Made by a program: the position numbers and the translations under genes
DNA from: a virus
Strand: one strand, 5' to 3'
IMG/VR virus record: IMGVR_UViG_3300037501_000166
Length of the DNA: 64,000 bases
Shown: positions 1-7,842 of the stretch, piece by piece
How positions within the stretch are numbered: position 1 is the first letter of the stretch
Layout of the letters: each line of letters begins with the position of its first letter
Notes under the pieces: model-generated
What the model was told of the DNA's origin: nothing
What the model saw: the letters and a program-made list of their open reading frames with translations, nothing else
The model's database searches: none

Positions 1-34
1 ATGGACATAGACACCCCTCCGTAGAAGTGCAGAG

Positions 35-362
35 AACGCACTGAGGGCCGAGTTTGGCGCCCCCCAGAGCGTTCCCTGGGCACTGGAGATGCGATCGGAC
101 CATGGCCCGCAGTATACAGACAGTGACTGTGAGGCGTTTTGCTGCCGCTGGAGGATCGAGCACACCCTGGCCCCTGTGGGGCGTCCCACGGGCAACGCGA
201 TGGCTGAACGCTTTATCCAGACGTTGAAAGTGGAGCTGATGTGGACTCGGGACTGGGAGACGATTGACGATCTTCGCGAAGCGATCACTGTGTGGCTGGA
301 CGAATACAACCACCGGCGGCCTCATCAAGCACTCGGCTGGAAGCCCCGGCTGCGAGCGCAGG
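35..362 (+). pseudogene. IS3-family transposase fragment (C-terminal part of integrase core), antisense to the surrounding phage operon
   Basis: Frame reads EFGAPQSVPWALEMRSDHGPQY...GNAMAERFIQTLKVE...EYNHRRPHQALG (second D and E of DDE); no N-terminus or IS ends; GCAGAG at 29-34 and 363-368. Confidence 0.85.
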
Positions 363-372
363 GCAGAGTCTT

Positions 373-555
373 CTAATAAATATCCCCGAAGGCTATCTCC
401 CCGCCGGATCGCTCGACGATCCGCCGCGCCGAGGCCGGCCTCGGCTTATGCCGCCCGGTCTCCCATTGCCATAGGGAGACCCGATGGACGCCAAGCCGCC
501 GACCGGCTTGGGCAAGAGAAAGCCCACTTTTTTTTCGCCATTGTTTGAGTGTCAT
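373..555 (-). CDS. Cro/CI-like XRE helix-turn-helix regulator (60 aa)
   Basis: MTLKQWRKKSGLSLAQAGRRLGVHRVSLWQWETGRHKP is a typical HTH_3 pattern; start moved to ATG 555 because the longer ORF runs through the promoter. Confidence 0.85.
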   Translation of the reverse strand: MTLKQWRKKSGLSLAQAGRRLGVHRVSLWQWETGRHKPRPASARRIVERSGGEIAFGDIY

Positions 556-562
556 GCGGAAA

Positions 563-591
563 TGAATACTAGTTTTGATTCCTTCTGTCAA
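563..591 (-). promoter_or_regulatory. Sigma70-type promoter for the cro-primase operon
   Basis: TTGACA (591-586), 17-nt spacer, TATTCA (568-563), A-tract upstream. Confidence 0.55.
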
Positions 592-667
592 GTCTTTTTT
601 TCTGCCCTGCGAATTGGCCTTGGAAAACGCTTAGTTAGAAAAAAATCTTCACTGCATAAAAAAATAC

Positions 668-696
668 TTGACAAACGAATAAGCCTGTGCGATAAC
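668..696 (+). promoter_or_regulatory. Sigma70-type promoter, divergent from the cro promoter
   Basis: TTGACA 668-673, 17-nt spacer ending TGC, GATAAC 691-696, A-tracts upstream, AGGAGGT RBS before ATG 724. Confidence 0.65.
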
Positions 697-862
697 ATCA
701 CCATCACGGTAGGAGGTTAAAAAATGAAGATAAGAAAGATGAAATTTGGCCCCCCCTGCCTATATCCTGTTTCACCAAGTGGGTTGGTGAATCAGGACCT
801 GGGCAGGGAGCCCAGGATATTCCAAGGCCCCCCCTGTTGTGGGGGGGGGCAAAGGAGAGGCT

Positions 863-1657
863 ATGGAGACCAGAACCAGAACCGAGAGCAGAAGGCTGCT
901 GGAGTCGGCCGGGTACCCCCCGGCCGCGGTGGAAATTGTATTGAAATGGACCGCTCCCCTGCGCCACAAGGAGCGGGTGGAGACGGTCCACGAGGTACTG
1001 CGGGAGTACCTCGACACCGCCCCCCCAGAGGAGCGGGCCGGGTTGGCCCGCATCCTCCTATCCCTGGAGTTGGCGGGGATAGGGGGGAGGATGGACGTAG
1101 AGGGGCTGGCCACAACCCGGCTGGCCCCCTTTGCCACGCTTGGCAAGGGCCGTCGGAACGCGACCGACGGCCCTGCGTGGAACGCAGCGCTGCGGGATGC
1201 CCTCCGCGAATCCGGGGGGCGCCCTGCGGTGGAATGGAACAGGGAGGCCCGCCGTCTCACAGCGGCGGGAATCCCCCTGGTCCCGGGTCGAATCCCCAGC
1301 CGCTGGCTCCTGGCGGAGCTGCGGCGGGGGGTTCTGTACCTGGCATGGAGAACGGGCGACATGGCCGGCCAACCCCCAAGGCCGGCTTTAGACTGGGACA
1401 GTTATACAAGCTGGTCCAGTCTGGTGGGCGGCGGCGCCGCCCACATTAGGGCGGTGGCGCAGGACTTGGCCGCCCAGGAGTGGAGGACTGGGGCAGGCCT
1501 CTACCACGCCCAGCTCTATCGGGCGTGGCAAGAGGCTGAGGAGGGGTCCGACGAGGAGGCCGCAGCCTCCCGCGCCCTGGCCGAGGCCGGGGCGGGGTGG
1601 CCGGTCTTCCCCTCCCGCTGGGAGGAGGAGGAATGGTGGCGGGAGGTCGCGCCATGA
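863..1657 (+). CDS. Hypothetical early protein
   Basis: Helical, charged ORF with GGAGAGG RBS before ATG 863; stop overlaps the next start. Confidence 0.6.
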   Translation: METRTRTESRRLLESAGYPPAAVEIVLKWTAPLRHKERVETVHEVLREYLDTAPPEERAGLARILLSLELAGIGGRMDVEGLATTRLAPFATLGKGRRNATDGPAWNAALRDALRESGGRPAVEWNREARRLTAAGIPLVPGRIPSRWLLAELRRGVLYLAWRTGDMAGQPPRPALDWDSYTSWSSLVGGGAAHIRAVAQDLAAQEWRTGAGLYHAQLYRAWQEAEEGSDEEAAASRALAEAGAGWPVFPSRWEEEEWWREVAP

Positions 1658-1845
1658 GCGCGGCCCCGTCTCCATCAACTATCCAGCGCCGCAGGCTGGA
1701 GGAGGATGTGCGAAGGGGGTGTGCACTCCTCCTCCAGTTGGGAGTAACAGATGAGGAGCTAGACAGGCTCCTCATCAAGGCGCGGCTTGCACTGGCGCGC
1801 CTGTTCCAAGAAGCGCGCGAGCGGGCAGAGCTAGTAGCGCTCTAG
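1654..1845 (+). CDS. Small hypothetical helical protein
   Basis: GGAGG RBS, ATGA overlap with upstream gene, followed by terminator. Confidence 0.6.
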   Translation: MSAAPSPSTIQRRRLEEDVRRGCALLLQLGVTDEELDRLLIKARLALARLFQEARERAELVAL

Positions 1846-1877
1846 CCCGCCGCGGCGCCCGGTTCCAGGCAAAGCAA

Positions 1878-1917
1878 GGGGCAATCTAGGACAAAATCCT
1901 GGATTGCCCCTTTTTTT
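1878..1917 (+). terminator. Rho-independent terminator
   Basis: GGGGCAATCTAGGA-CAAAA-TCCTGGATTGCCCC stem-loop followed by T7. Confidence 0.9.
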
Positions 1918-1984
1918 GTTACCCAATGGCTGGTGGCGGGTCGTCCGCACCAGTCACAGGGCGTAGATGAATTAGGAGGTAGCC

Positions 1985-2512
1985 ATGGCATTCATGGACT
2001 TTCCGCCTGTCCTTGATGCCTGTTGCGGCAGTCGAATGTTTTGGTTTGATAAGCATGATGATCGGGTATTGTTCGTGGATAATCGGCGCGAGACGTGGCC
2101 GATAGATATAGGGACGCCAGGGACAATCGGCAGACGCCCGATAGTTATCGACCCAGATCAACTTGCTGACTTCACAGAATTGCCTTTCCCGGATGATGTC
2201 TTCGCCCTCGTGGTGTTCGATCCACCGCACATTAAGCAAACAACAAAAGCGCGAAGCAAAGGGGTGTTAGCAAGGAAATATGGGACATTGACTGAAGATT
2301 GGCATGAGACGCTAAGACGAGGATTTGCTGAATGTTTTAGAGTTCTCAAACCACATGGAACTTTGATTTTTAAGTGGTCGGATACCAGTTATCCAGTTTC
2401 CGAAGTGTTGGCGCTGACACCTGAGAAGCCACTCTTTGGTCACAAATCTGGCAAGAAACGCGGAACTCATTGGATAGCGTTTCTTAAGCCGACAAGGGAT
2501 AGCATTTCGTAA
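1985..2512 (+). CDS. Class I SAM-dependent methyltransferase, probable orphan DNA amino-methyltransferase
   Basis: VLDACCGSRMFWF SAM-binding motif and FDPPH motif; AGGAGG RBS. Confidence 0.8.
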   Translation: MAFMDFPPVLDACCGSRMFWFDKHDDRVLFVDNRRETWPIDIGTPGTIGRRPIVIDPDQLADFTELPFPDDVFALVVFDPPHIKQTTKARSKGVLARKYGTLTEDWHETLRRGFAECFRVLKPHGTLIFKWSDTSYPVSEVLALTPEKPLFGHKSGKKRGTHWIAFLKPTRDSIS

Positions 2513-2569
2513 ACGAGGTGGCGCGGCACATAGACGCCGCGCCGGGCGACCGCGCGCCCAAGCTGGGAG

Positions 2570-3508
2570 ATGGAGGTGGCAATGGATAGGGCGGCATGGC
2601 TGGAGGAGAGGCGGAAGGGGATCGGGGGAAGCGACATCCCGGTTATCCTCGGGTTGTCCCCCTGGAAGACGCGTCGCCAACTCTGCGAGGAAAAGCGCGG
2701 GCAACGCCACGACGATCCCGAGACGCCCGATATGATGAGGGGGAAGGCGCTTGAGAGCATCGTTGCGGACCTGTGGTTTCTCAAGGATGAGAAAGCGAAG
2801 AAGATCTACGATTCCGATCTATTGAGGCACCACGAGTACCCGTGGATGGTAGCCAACCCAGACAGGGTGTTCATTGATGAGGATACCGACTTCGGCGTAC
2901 TGGAAATCAAGTGCCCCCGGTTGCGGAAGTTCAACGCAATCAAGCGCGGTGGGCTTCCAGACTACATGATCGTTCAGCTTCAATGGTATATGACCTTTTC
3001 TCTGTTCAATCATGGGGCGTGGGCGATCTTCAACGCGGAATCCTGGGAGTTGCTTTCTTTCCGGGTTGAACCCGATCCGGAGCTTCAGGCCACGATGATC
3101 GAGGCGGGGCGCAAGTTCTGGGAGTTCGTGAAGTCTGACGCCCCGGCCTGGGAGATGGACGACGCCGACCCACCGCCCCCGCTTAACTTACCGCAAGCCC
3201 CGTCAGACCTTGTGACCCGCGATGATCCCGAGTGGACCCGCGCAGTCCGGGCCTACCGGGAGGCCAGGGAGATCCGGGAGGAGGGGGAGATCTTGGAGGA
3301 GGAGAGCAAGGCTCGAATCCTCACCCTCATGGAGTCTGCGCCCGTGGTGGAGGGAGCAGGAGTGCGCGTGTATAACACGCTGTCGCCGGGGCGCAAAACC
3401 TTGGACAAGAAGTTGTTGGAGAAGGAACTGGGGGATATCTCCCGGTTCGAGAAGCAGGGGCGGCCGTTCCGGTCGTTCCGCGTCTACAACCTGAGAGAGG
3501 AGAGATAA
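2570..3508 (+). CDS. YqaJ-like (lambda exonuclease family) recombination nuclease
   Basis: WLEERRKGIGGSD, ANPDR, LEIKCP and QLQWYM motifs. Confidence 0.92.
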   Translation: MEVAMDRAAWLEERRKGIGGSDIPVILGLSPWKTRRQLCEEKRGQRHDDPETPDMMRGKALESIVADLWFLKDEKAKKIYDSDLLRHHEYPWMVANPDRVFIDEDTDFGVLEIKCPRLRKFNAIKRGGLPDYMIVQLQWYMTFSLFNHGAWAIFNAESWELLSFRVEPDPELQATMIEAGRKFWEFVKSDAPAWEMDDADPPPPLNLPQAPSDLVTRDDPEWTRAVRAYREAREIREEGEILEEESKARILTLMESAPVVEGAGVRVYNTLSPGRKTLDKKLLEKELGDISRFEKQGRPFRSFRVYNLREER

Positions 3509-3511
3509 GCC

Positions 3512-4669
3512 ATGGCAGAAGAGAGAGAAGAAATGCCGACCAAGGCGGAGGTCAAACGGGACGCTCTCATGGTTTTAGGCGCGCCTATCCATGGTGGGCT
3601 GATCCCCCAGAACTTCGAGGCCATGTGGCGCATGGCGCAGATCATGGCGGCCAGTGGGATGATGCCCAAGGGCCTTGAGACACCCGAGGCAGTCTTCGTC
3701 GCCGTCCAGATGGGCCTGGAGGTGGGCCTTTCTCCCATGCAAGCAGTGCAGAACATCGCGGTAATTAACGGTCGGCCTTCGGTGTGGGGAGACGCGGGGC
3801 TTGCCTTAGTGGAAGCGTCGGGACTCCTGGAGGACTTCATCGAGGAGATATCGGACCATAGCGCGCGATGCGTCGCCAAGCGGAAGGGGCGCCCGAGTAC
3901 CATCGAACGGGAGTTCTCCATGGACGACGCAAGGCGAGCGGGCCTCATCGGCAAGGGGGTGTGGGCGCAGTATCCCAAGCGGATGCTCCAAATGCGCGCG
4001 CGGTGGTGGGTCCTGCGGGATGGTTTCGCGGACGTTCTTAAGGGGCTGAAGAGTGCCGAGGAAATCATGGATATGGAGGCTGATATGGGCGGGGCCTACA
4101 TCGCCAAGACGGAAACGGAACAGCGGACTGAGGAACTGAAGGAGCGGCTACAGAAGCAGCAGAGGAAGGATGCCCAACCCATCGAGGTGGACCACACCGC
4201 CCCCCCGCCCGCAAGCAACAGCCCAGGCGACTTTTCAGAAGCTGATGAGTTCTGGAACCTCAAAGCTGGCGGTTGGCTGGAATACTATCAGACCATGACA
4301 AAAGAGAAATTCGATTCATGGTCCCAGGAGACTCAACAGAAATTTCTCCGAAAGTGCAAAGTCATGTCAACGAGGGCAAACATTCCGTCGCCATGGCCGC
4401 CTACAACAACCGTGACGGTGGAGCCCGAACTGGAATCGGAGCCGGAGCCTAAGCCCACACCCGAGGTCCACAGCAGACCACCCGCCGTGATGTTGCAGGA
4501 GGAAATCCTGCGCGAAGTGTACCACATGCGGAAGACCGACCCGACGCTTTACGGTGAGATTGTAAATGGACGCAAATCGGCCGCTCTGTGGTCCCCAGCC
4601 GAATTTGAGGAGGTCCGCGCCGAGTTTTCGCGTCGATTGGATGAAAAGCTCGCGATGGAGGGCGAGTGA
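3512..4669 (+). CDS. recT: RecT-like single-strand annealing protein with long C-terminal extension
   Basis: QMGLEVGLSPMQAVQNIAVINGRPSVWGD and WAQYPKRMLQMRAR motifs; adjacent to the YqaJ gene. Confidence 0.8.
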   Translation: MAEEREEMPTKAEVKRDALMVLGAPIHGGLIPQNFEAMWRMAQIMAASGMMPKGLETPEAVFVAVQMGLEVGLSPMQAVQNIAVINGRPSVWGDAGLALVEASGLLEDFIEEISDHSARCVAKRKGRPSTIEREFSMDDARRAGLIGKGVWAQYPKRMLQMRARWWVLRDGFADVLKGLKSAEEIMDMEADMGGAYIAKTETEQRTEELKERLQKQQRKDAQPIEVDHTAPPPASNSPGDFSEADEFWNLKAGGWLEYYQTMTKEKFDSWSQETQQKFLRKCKVMSTRANIPSPWPPTTTVTVEPELESEPEPKPTPEVHSRPPAVMLQEEILREVYHMRKTDPTLYGEIVNGRKSAALWSPAEFEEVRAEFSRRLDEKLAMEGE

Positions 4670-4707
4670 TCTACTCAAGGATGTAAAGGTCATGATGGAG
4701 GTGATCC

Positions 4708-4905
4708 ATGGATGAAACGTCAGTGAGAAGGGCGCTGCTCCGGGCCACTATCCGACCGGAGGACAACCAGCCCTTGGACCATGGGAAAGAGGGCTGGTGG
4801 GACGGCTTCCTCACGGGGGCATCTCTCGTGGGCCTGGCCGTCCTGCTCTACCCAGCGTATGAGCCGTGGTTGCTCTGGCTCAGAGCGGCCCTCAGTGGGC
4901 AGTGA
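4708..4905 (+). CDS. Small membrane protein
   Basis: GGAGG RBS; hydrophobic segment FLTGASLVGLAVLLY. Confidence 0.55.
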   Translation: MDETSVRRALLRATIRPEDNQPLDHGKEGWWDGFLTGASLVGLAVLLYPAYEPWLLWLRAALSGQ

Positions 4906-4918
4906 AAGGAGGAGAAGA

Positions 4919-5314
4919 ATGTGCAACTCAGTCCATGAGAACTGGCGCGAGCCAAAGTGTCGAGATGGCAGGGGGTGGAAGTGGTGCAAAGCGAAGGATG
5001 ACAACCTTACACCTTACTATGGAAGGGCTAAGGGGTACATACACGACGTAGAAGGGTGGATAACGTGGGACGAAAAGTTAAATTGGTTGGCGTTCGGAAG
5101 GTACCCTGTTGGGTTCTGTATATTTCCCAGCAAAGTGGAAGCTCTAAGGATGCAGGTATTTGCACCAGAAGCGCGCCTTCTCCACGTAGAGTACGAAGAT
5201 GCCATTGCTATACAGTATGAGCCTAACGCAATAGATGAGCAGGTATTCGAGATCATCCTAGTCCGTCGTTGGCGGCTCATTGAGGACCAGACCAGGAGCA
5301 CTACTCATGTGTAA
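4919..5314 (+). CDS. Hypothetical protein, tandem paralogue 1
   Basis: AGGAGG RBS before ATG 4919 (MCNSVHENW...); clear similarity to the next ORF. Confidence 0.7.
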   Translation: MCNSVHENWREPKCRDGRGWKWCKAKDDNLTPYYGRAKGYIHDVEGWITWDEKLNWLAFGRYPVGFCIFPSKVEALRMQVFAPEARLLHVEYEDAIAIQYEPNAIDEQVFEIILVRRWRLIEDQTRSTTHV

Positions 5315-5744
5315 CTCAGTGCACGCAGATGGGCGCATTCCGAAGCGTCGATCTGGGAAGGGGTGGAAGTGGTGCAAAGTGATCAAAGTGATGTATGACA
5401 ACTGGCTTACACCTTACTACGGACTAGCTGCGGAGTACACATACGACTCAGAAGGGTGGATCACGTGGGAGCCATACTTAGCGGACGGGGCAGTGGGAAA
5501 AGACCCTGTGGGGTTCTGCGTCTTCCCCTCCAAGAAAGACGCCAACAAATTTGGCAAATCACGATTATTCCGATTATTTAGCGATCCATCATCGGTCCTA
5601 CTCCATGTAGAGTACAAAGGAGCAATCGTGCGACAGGAAGAGACCAATATAATCGAAGGATAAGTGCTCAGAGTTATCCTGGTCAGTCGTTGGCGGCCTG
5701 TCGAGGTCTGGAATGGGAGGATACCAGCCGCGGCTATAAATTGA
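5307..5744 (+). pseudogene. Tandem paralogue 2 with premature TAA at 5661-5663
   Basis: MCNSVHADG...GWKWCK...LTPYYG...EGWITW...PVGFC.FPSK...LLHVEY aligns with paralogue 1; similarity continues after the stop (VLRVILVSRWR vs VFEIILVRRWR). Confidence 0.65.
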
Positions 5745-5757
5745 AAGGAGGAAAGCC

Positions 5758-6114
5758 ATGAATCCGAGCATCAGGGCCTTCGAGGCACAGATGGAAGGAG
5801 ATTGGACGCTGGAGATCCCCTGCGCCCGATGCGCGGGGGACTTCCCATTGGCCCTGGAGTTGGAGGGGGCGCCGCGACTCTGCCCGGTGTGCGCAGATCA
5901 GATCCTATTTGATGACGCGCCCTCGAAGGTGGAGCGGCGCATCCGAAGGGTCACCCACAGGCTGGAGGAGGAGAGGGCTAGACTGCTCGCTCGCGGGGAG
6001 AAACAGGCCGCCCGTATCATTACTCGGATGATCGGGGGGCTCTTCGTTTCGGCTCCCCTACCATGGCACGAGGAGGAGCCGCTCCCTGCGTTCCTCCGCA
6101 AACAAGCTGTTTAA
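5758..6114 (+). CDS. Hypothetical Zn-ribbon protein
   Basis: Two CxxC pairs; strong RBS; orthologue at 48199-48555 with mostly synonymous changes. Confidence 0.75.
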   Translation: MNPSIRAFEAQMEGDWTLEIPCARCAGDFPLALELEGAPRLCPVCADQILFDDAPSKVERRIRRVTHRLEEERARLLARGEKQAARIITRMIGGLFVSAPLPWHEEEPLPAFLRKQAV

Positions 6115-6134
6115 CAGAAGAAAGGAGGATAAGG

Positions 6135-6380
6135 ATGAGTGACTTTAGCTATGAAACATCAGGTCTGTGCCCGCGCCACGGCCGCTTCTCCTATGATGAC
6201 TCTCCTGACGGTTGCCCATGGTGCCCTCCGGAGCCAAGGTGGCTCTGTGAGACCTGCGGGGAGGATCTGGAGGAGCCCAGGACGTGCGCCTGGTGCGCGG
6301 CCTGGCTCTGCCCGGAGTGTACAGTCATGGTGGATGGCGACAGGGTGTGTCAGGAGTGCGCCTACCCAGGGAAAACTTGA
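6135..6380 (+). CDS. Small Cys-rich (Zn-finger-like) protein
   Basis: Several CxxC pairs; RBS; orthologue at 48576-48839. Confidence 0.7.
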   Translation: MSDFSYETSGLCPRHGRFSYDDSPDGCPWCPPEPRWLCETCGEDLEEPRTCAWCAAWLCPECTVMVDGDRVCQECAYPGKT

Positions 6381-6418
6381 GGATTGCCCCCCCCGTGCAT
6401 CTGTTTTTTTCGAGGGAG

Positions 6419-6577
6419 CTAATCCTTCGACTTGATGACGATCTCCACGGTGAAGCTCTTGGCCAACTGCTCAAGAGCCTGGATCAGCCCGAGGGCGGCC
6501 CCGCTCGGGTCGTCCCCTCCGATGTCGATCTTCTTAAAAAGCCCGGTCAGAACAGGAAGCAATGATGTCCAGTCCAT
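6419..6577 (-). CDS. Small hypothetical protein at end of the lysis operon (52 aa; below the ORF track cutoff)
   Basis: MDWTSLLPVLTGLFKKIDIGG...KSKD with AAGGAG RBS, read manually. Confidence 0.55.
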   Translation of the reverse strand: MDWTSLLPVLTGLFKKIDIGGDDPSGAALGLIQALEQLAKSFTVEIVIKSKD

Positions 6578-6595
6578 TCGCCTTCTCCTTTCACG

Positions 6596-6886
6596 CTAGG
6601 ATCTTGGCTTGAAAACAGACCTGAACCCCTCCCACAGGCCCACGGCCCCGGCCCCCGAGAAGAAACCAGCCAAGGCCGCGTCATAGGTGGCCTTGAAGGT
6701 CCACGGCTGCCCGTAATAGGGAATGGAGGACAGGCCAAGGACTATCCCGAGGATGATAGCCACAAGGGCCTTCCACCTCTCCCCGCAATTCTCGCCACAG
6801 AGCTTGAAGACCACCCCCAGGACAACTGTGAGGATGACGCTGATCCCGTATCCTCCAAGCACGATCTCCGTAGGCTGCCCTTCCAT
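6596..6886 (-). CDS. Putative holin
   Basis: 96 aa, about three hydrophobic segments, basic C-terminus, near the endolysin. Confidence 0.7.
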   Translation of the reverse strand: MEGQPTEIVLGGYGISVILTVVLGVVFKLCGENCGERWKALVAIILGIVLGLSSIPYYGQPWTFKATYDAALAGFFSGAGAVGLWEGFRSVFKPRS

Positions 6887-6888
6887 GC

Positions 6889-7485
6889 TCAGACCTCCCC
6901 CGTTGAATTGGACGGCTCAAGAAGCTCCTTCAGTCCATCCTCATCCAGAGCCGCTGTCCTTTCGTATTCCTCATCCATCCAAATATCGTAGGGGCTCAAA
7001 AGCTCGTCCGTCTCCGCGCACTTGAACGGGATGCCCATGATGTCGTGGATCTGGCCCACGTATGACGAACAAACCGTCCTATCCTTGTCACTCCAATCAT
7101 GGGTCGCCAGCCCGAGCTCCTGGGTCAAGTGGGCGATCAACTCCCACTTATCATAAGCCAACTGCTGAATCACCATCCGCTCGATCCAGTGCAGAGCAAT
7201 GGCCCACCGCCTCCTTGAGACTGAGGAGAGCCGCTTGTGCCGGCCGATCTCAATACCATACAACTCATCCGGCCTGATATCGTAGGGCGTCCAGTAGCGG
7301 GCACAGGGAGTTGTCATCTCCGTCCCCACCCAGTACCGGGCCGTCCCCTCCAGCGCCATCCTCACATGGGAAGGGCCACCGTGGGTCTGCTTGGTGATTG
7401 TCTCGGAGATGAGGCCCTTGCCCCAGGTAAGCACAATGGCCCCCTGATAGAGCTCATTTCGCAACCACTGGTAGAATTGCCTCAT
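6889..7485 (-). CDS. Permuted papain-like (YiiX/YebB-type N1pC/P60) hydrolase
   Basis: His in PSHV precedes Cys in VCSSYV, then LLSPYDI; typical permuted order. Confidence 0.7.
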   Translation of the reverse strand: MRQFYQWLRNELYQGAIVLTWGKGLISETITKQTHGGPSHVRMALEGTARYWVGTEMTTPCARYWTPYDIRPDELYGIEIGRHKRLSSVSRRRWAIALHWIERMVIQQLAYDKWELIAHLTQELGLATHDWSDKDRTVCSSYVGQIHDIMGIPFKCAETDELLSPYDIWMDEEYERTAALDEDGLKELLEPSNSTGEV

Positions 7486-7503
7486 GAGTGAGCCTCATCC
7501 CTC

Positions 7504-7842
7504 CTAGTATGAATGGCACGTCCTACACGAGATGTTGAGCATCGTGAAAGGATCCCTCTTCTGGAGATGCTTCCTATGCCCAGAATCCTTCCCCTCGGTA
7601 TCAAAGGGGCTGAAGATCAACGTCTTAGACTTGTCCTCATGGCAGGCAAGGCACAGGGGCTTCCCCTGATAGGACGTCTTCACGTTGTATTTAGCTGGGT
7701 GTGGGCATGGGGCGGGTGGAGGGCAGGCGGTGCATGTTACGGTCCCGCTCTGCCCCGGTGCGATCTCGAGCTGGGCGTAGGCGACCCCAAGCAGAAGGGC
7801 CGCCACCACCCCAAGCAAAGCCATAAAGATCATCTTCCTCAT
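7504..7842 (-). CDS. Exported protein with two CxxCH motifs (putative diheme c-type cytochrome)
   Basis: Signal peptide MRKMIFMALLGVVAALLLGVAYA/Q; CLACH and CRTCH; extra His in GHRKH; ATG overlaps the amidase TGA. Confidence 0.72.
   Translation of the reverse strand: MRKMIFMALLGVVAALLLGVAYAQLEIAPGQSGTVTCTACPPPAPCPHPAKYNVKTSYQGKPLCLACHEDKSKTLIFSPFDTEGKDSGHRKHLQKRDPFTMLNISCRTCHSY

Larger units (their letters stand above)
1..5301. repeat. Copy 1 of a 5.3-kb direct repeat (early/recombination block); may extend upstream of the window
   Basis: All ORF translations in 89-5314 recur at +42507; differences seen only at 5233/47740 and 5248/47755; identity ends after 5301/47808. Confidence 0.97.

Noticed and set aside
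89-376. ORF as the phage integrase
   Set aside because: It is a partial IS3 DDE core lacking the first catalytic Asp region and DNA-binding domain.
1260-1305. tRNA-like GGTCGAATCCC with flanking complementary CAGCGGC/GCCGCTG
   Set aside because: Only about 45 nt, no D or anticodon arm, and inside a coding region; no tRNA genes were recognised in the window.
724-1449. 241-aa ORF as a real protein over its full length
   Set aside because: Gly/Pro/Arg-rich shadow translation overlapping the better 863-1657 frame; only its first ~40 codons may matter.
1-5301. Simple direct terminal repeat of a single phage
   Set aside because: After copy 2 the sequence continues for 16 kb into a different phage with its own tail module, and the likely packaging region lies near 35.9 kb.
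5661-5663. In-frame TAA as evidence of stop-codon reassignment
   Set aside because: Isolated case in a redundant paralogue; all core genes are intact under the standard code and TAA, TAG and TGA all terminate coupled genes.
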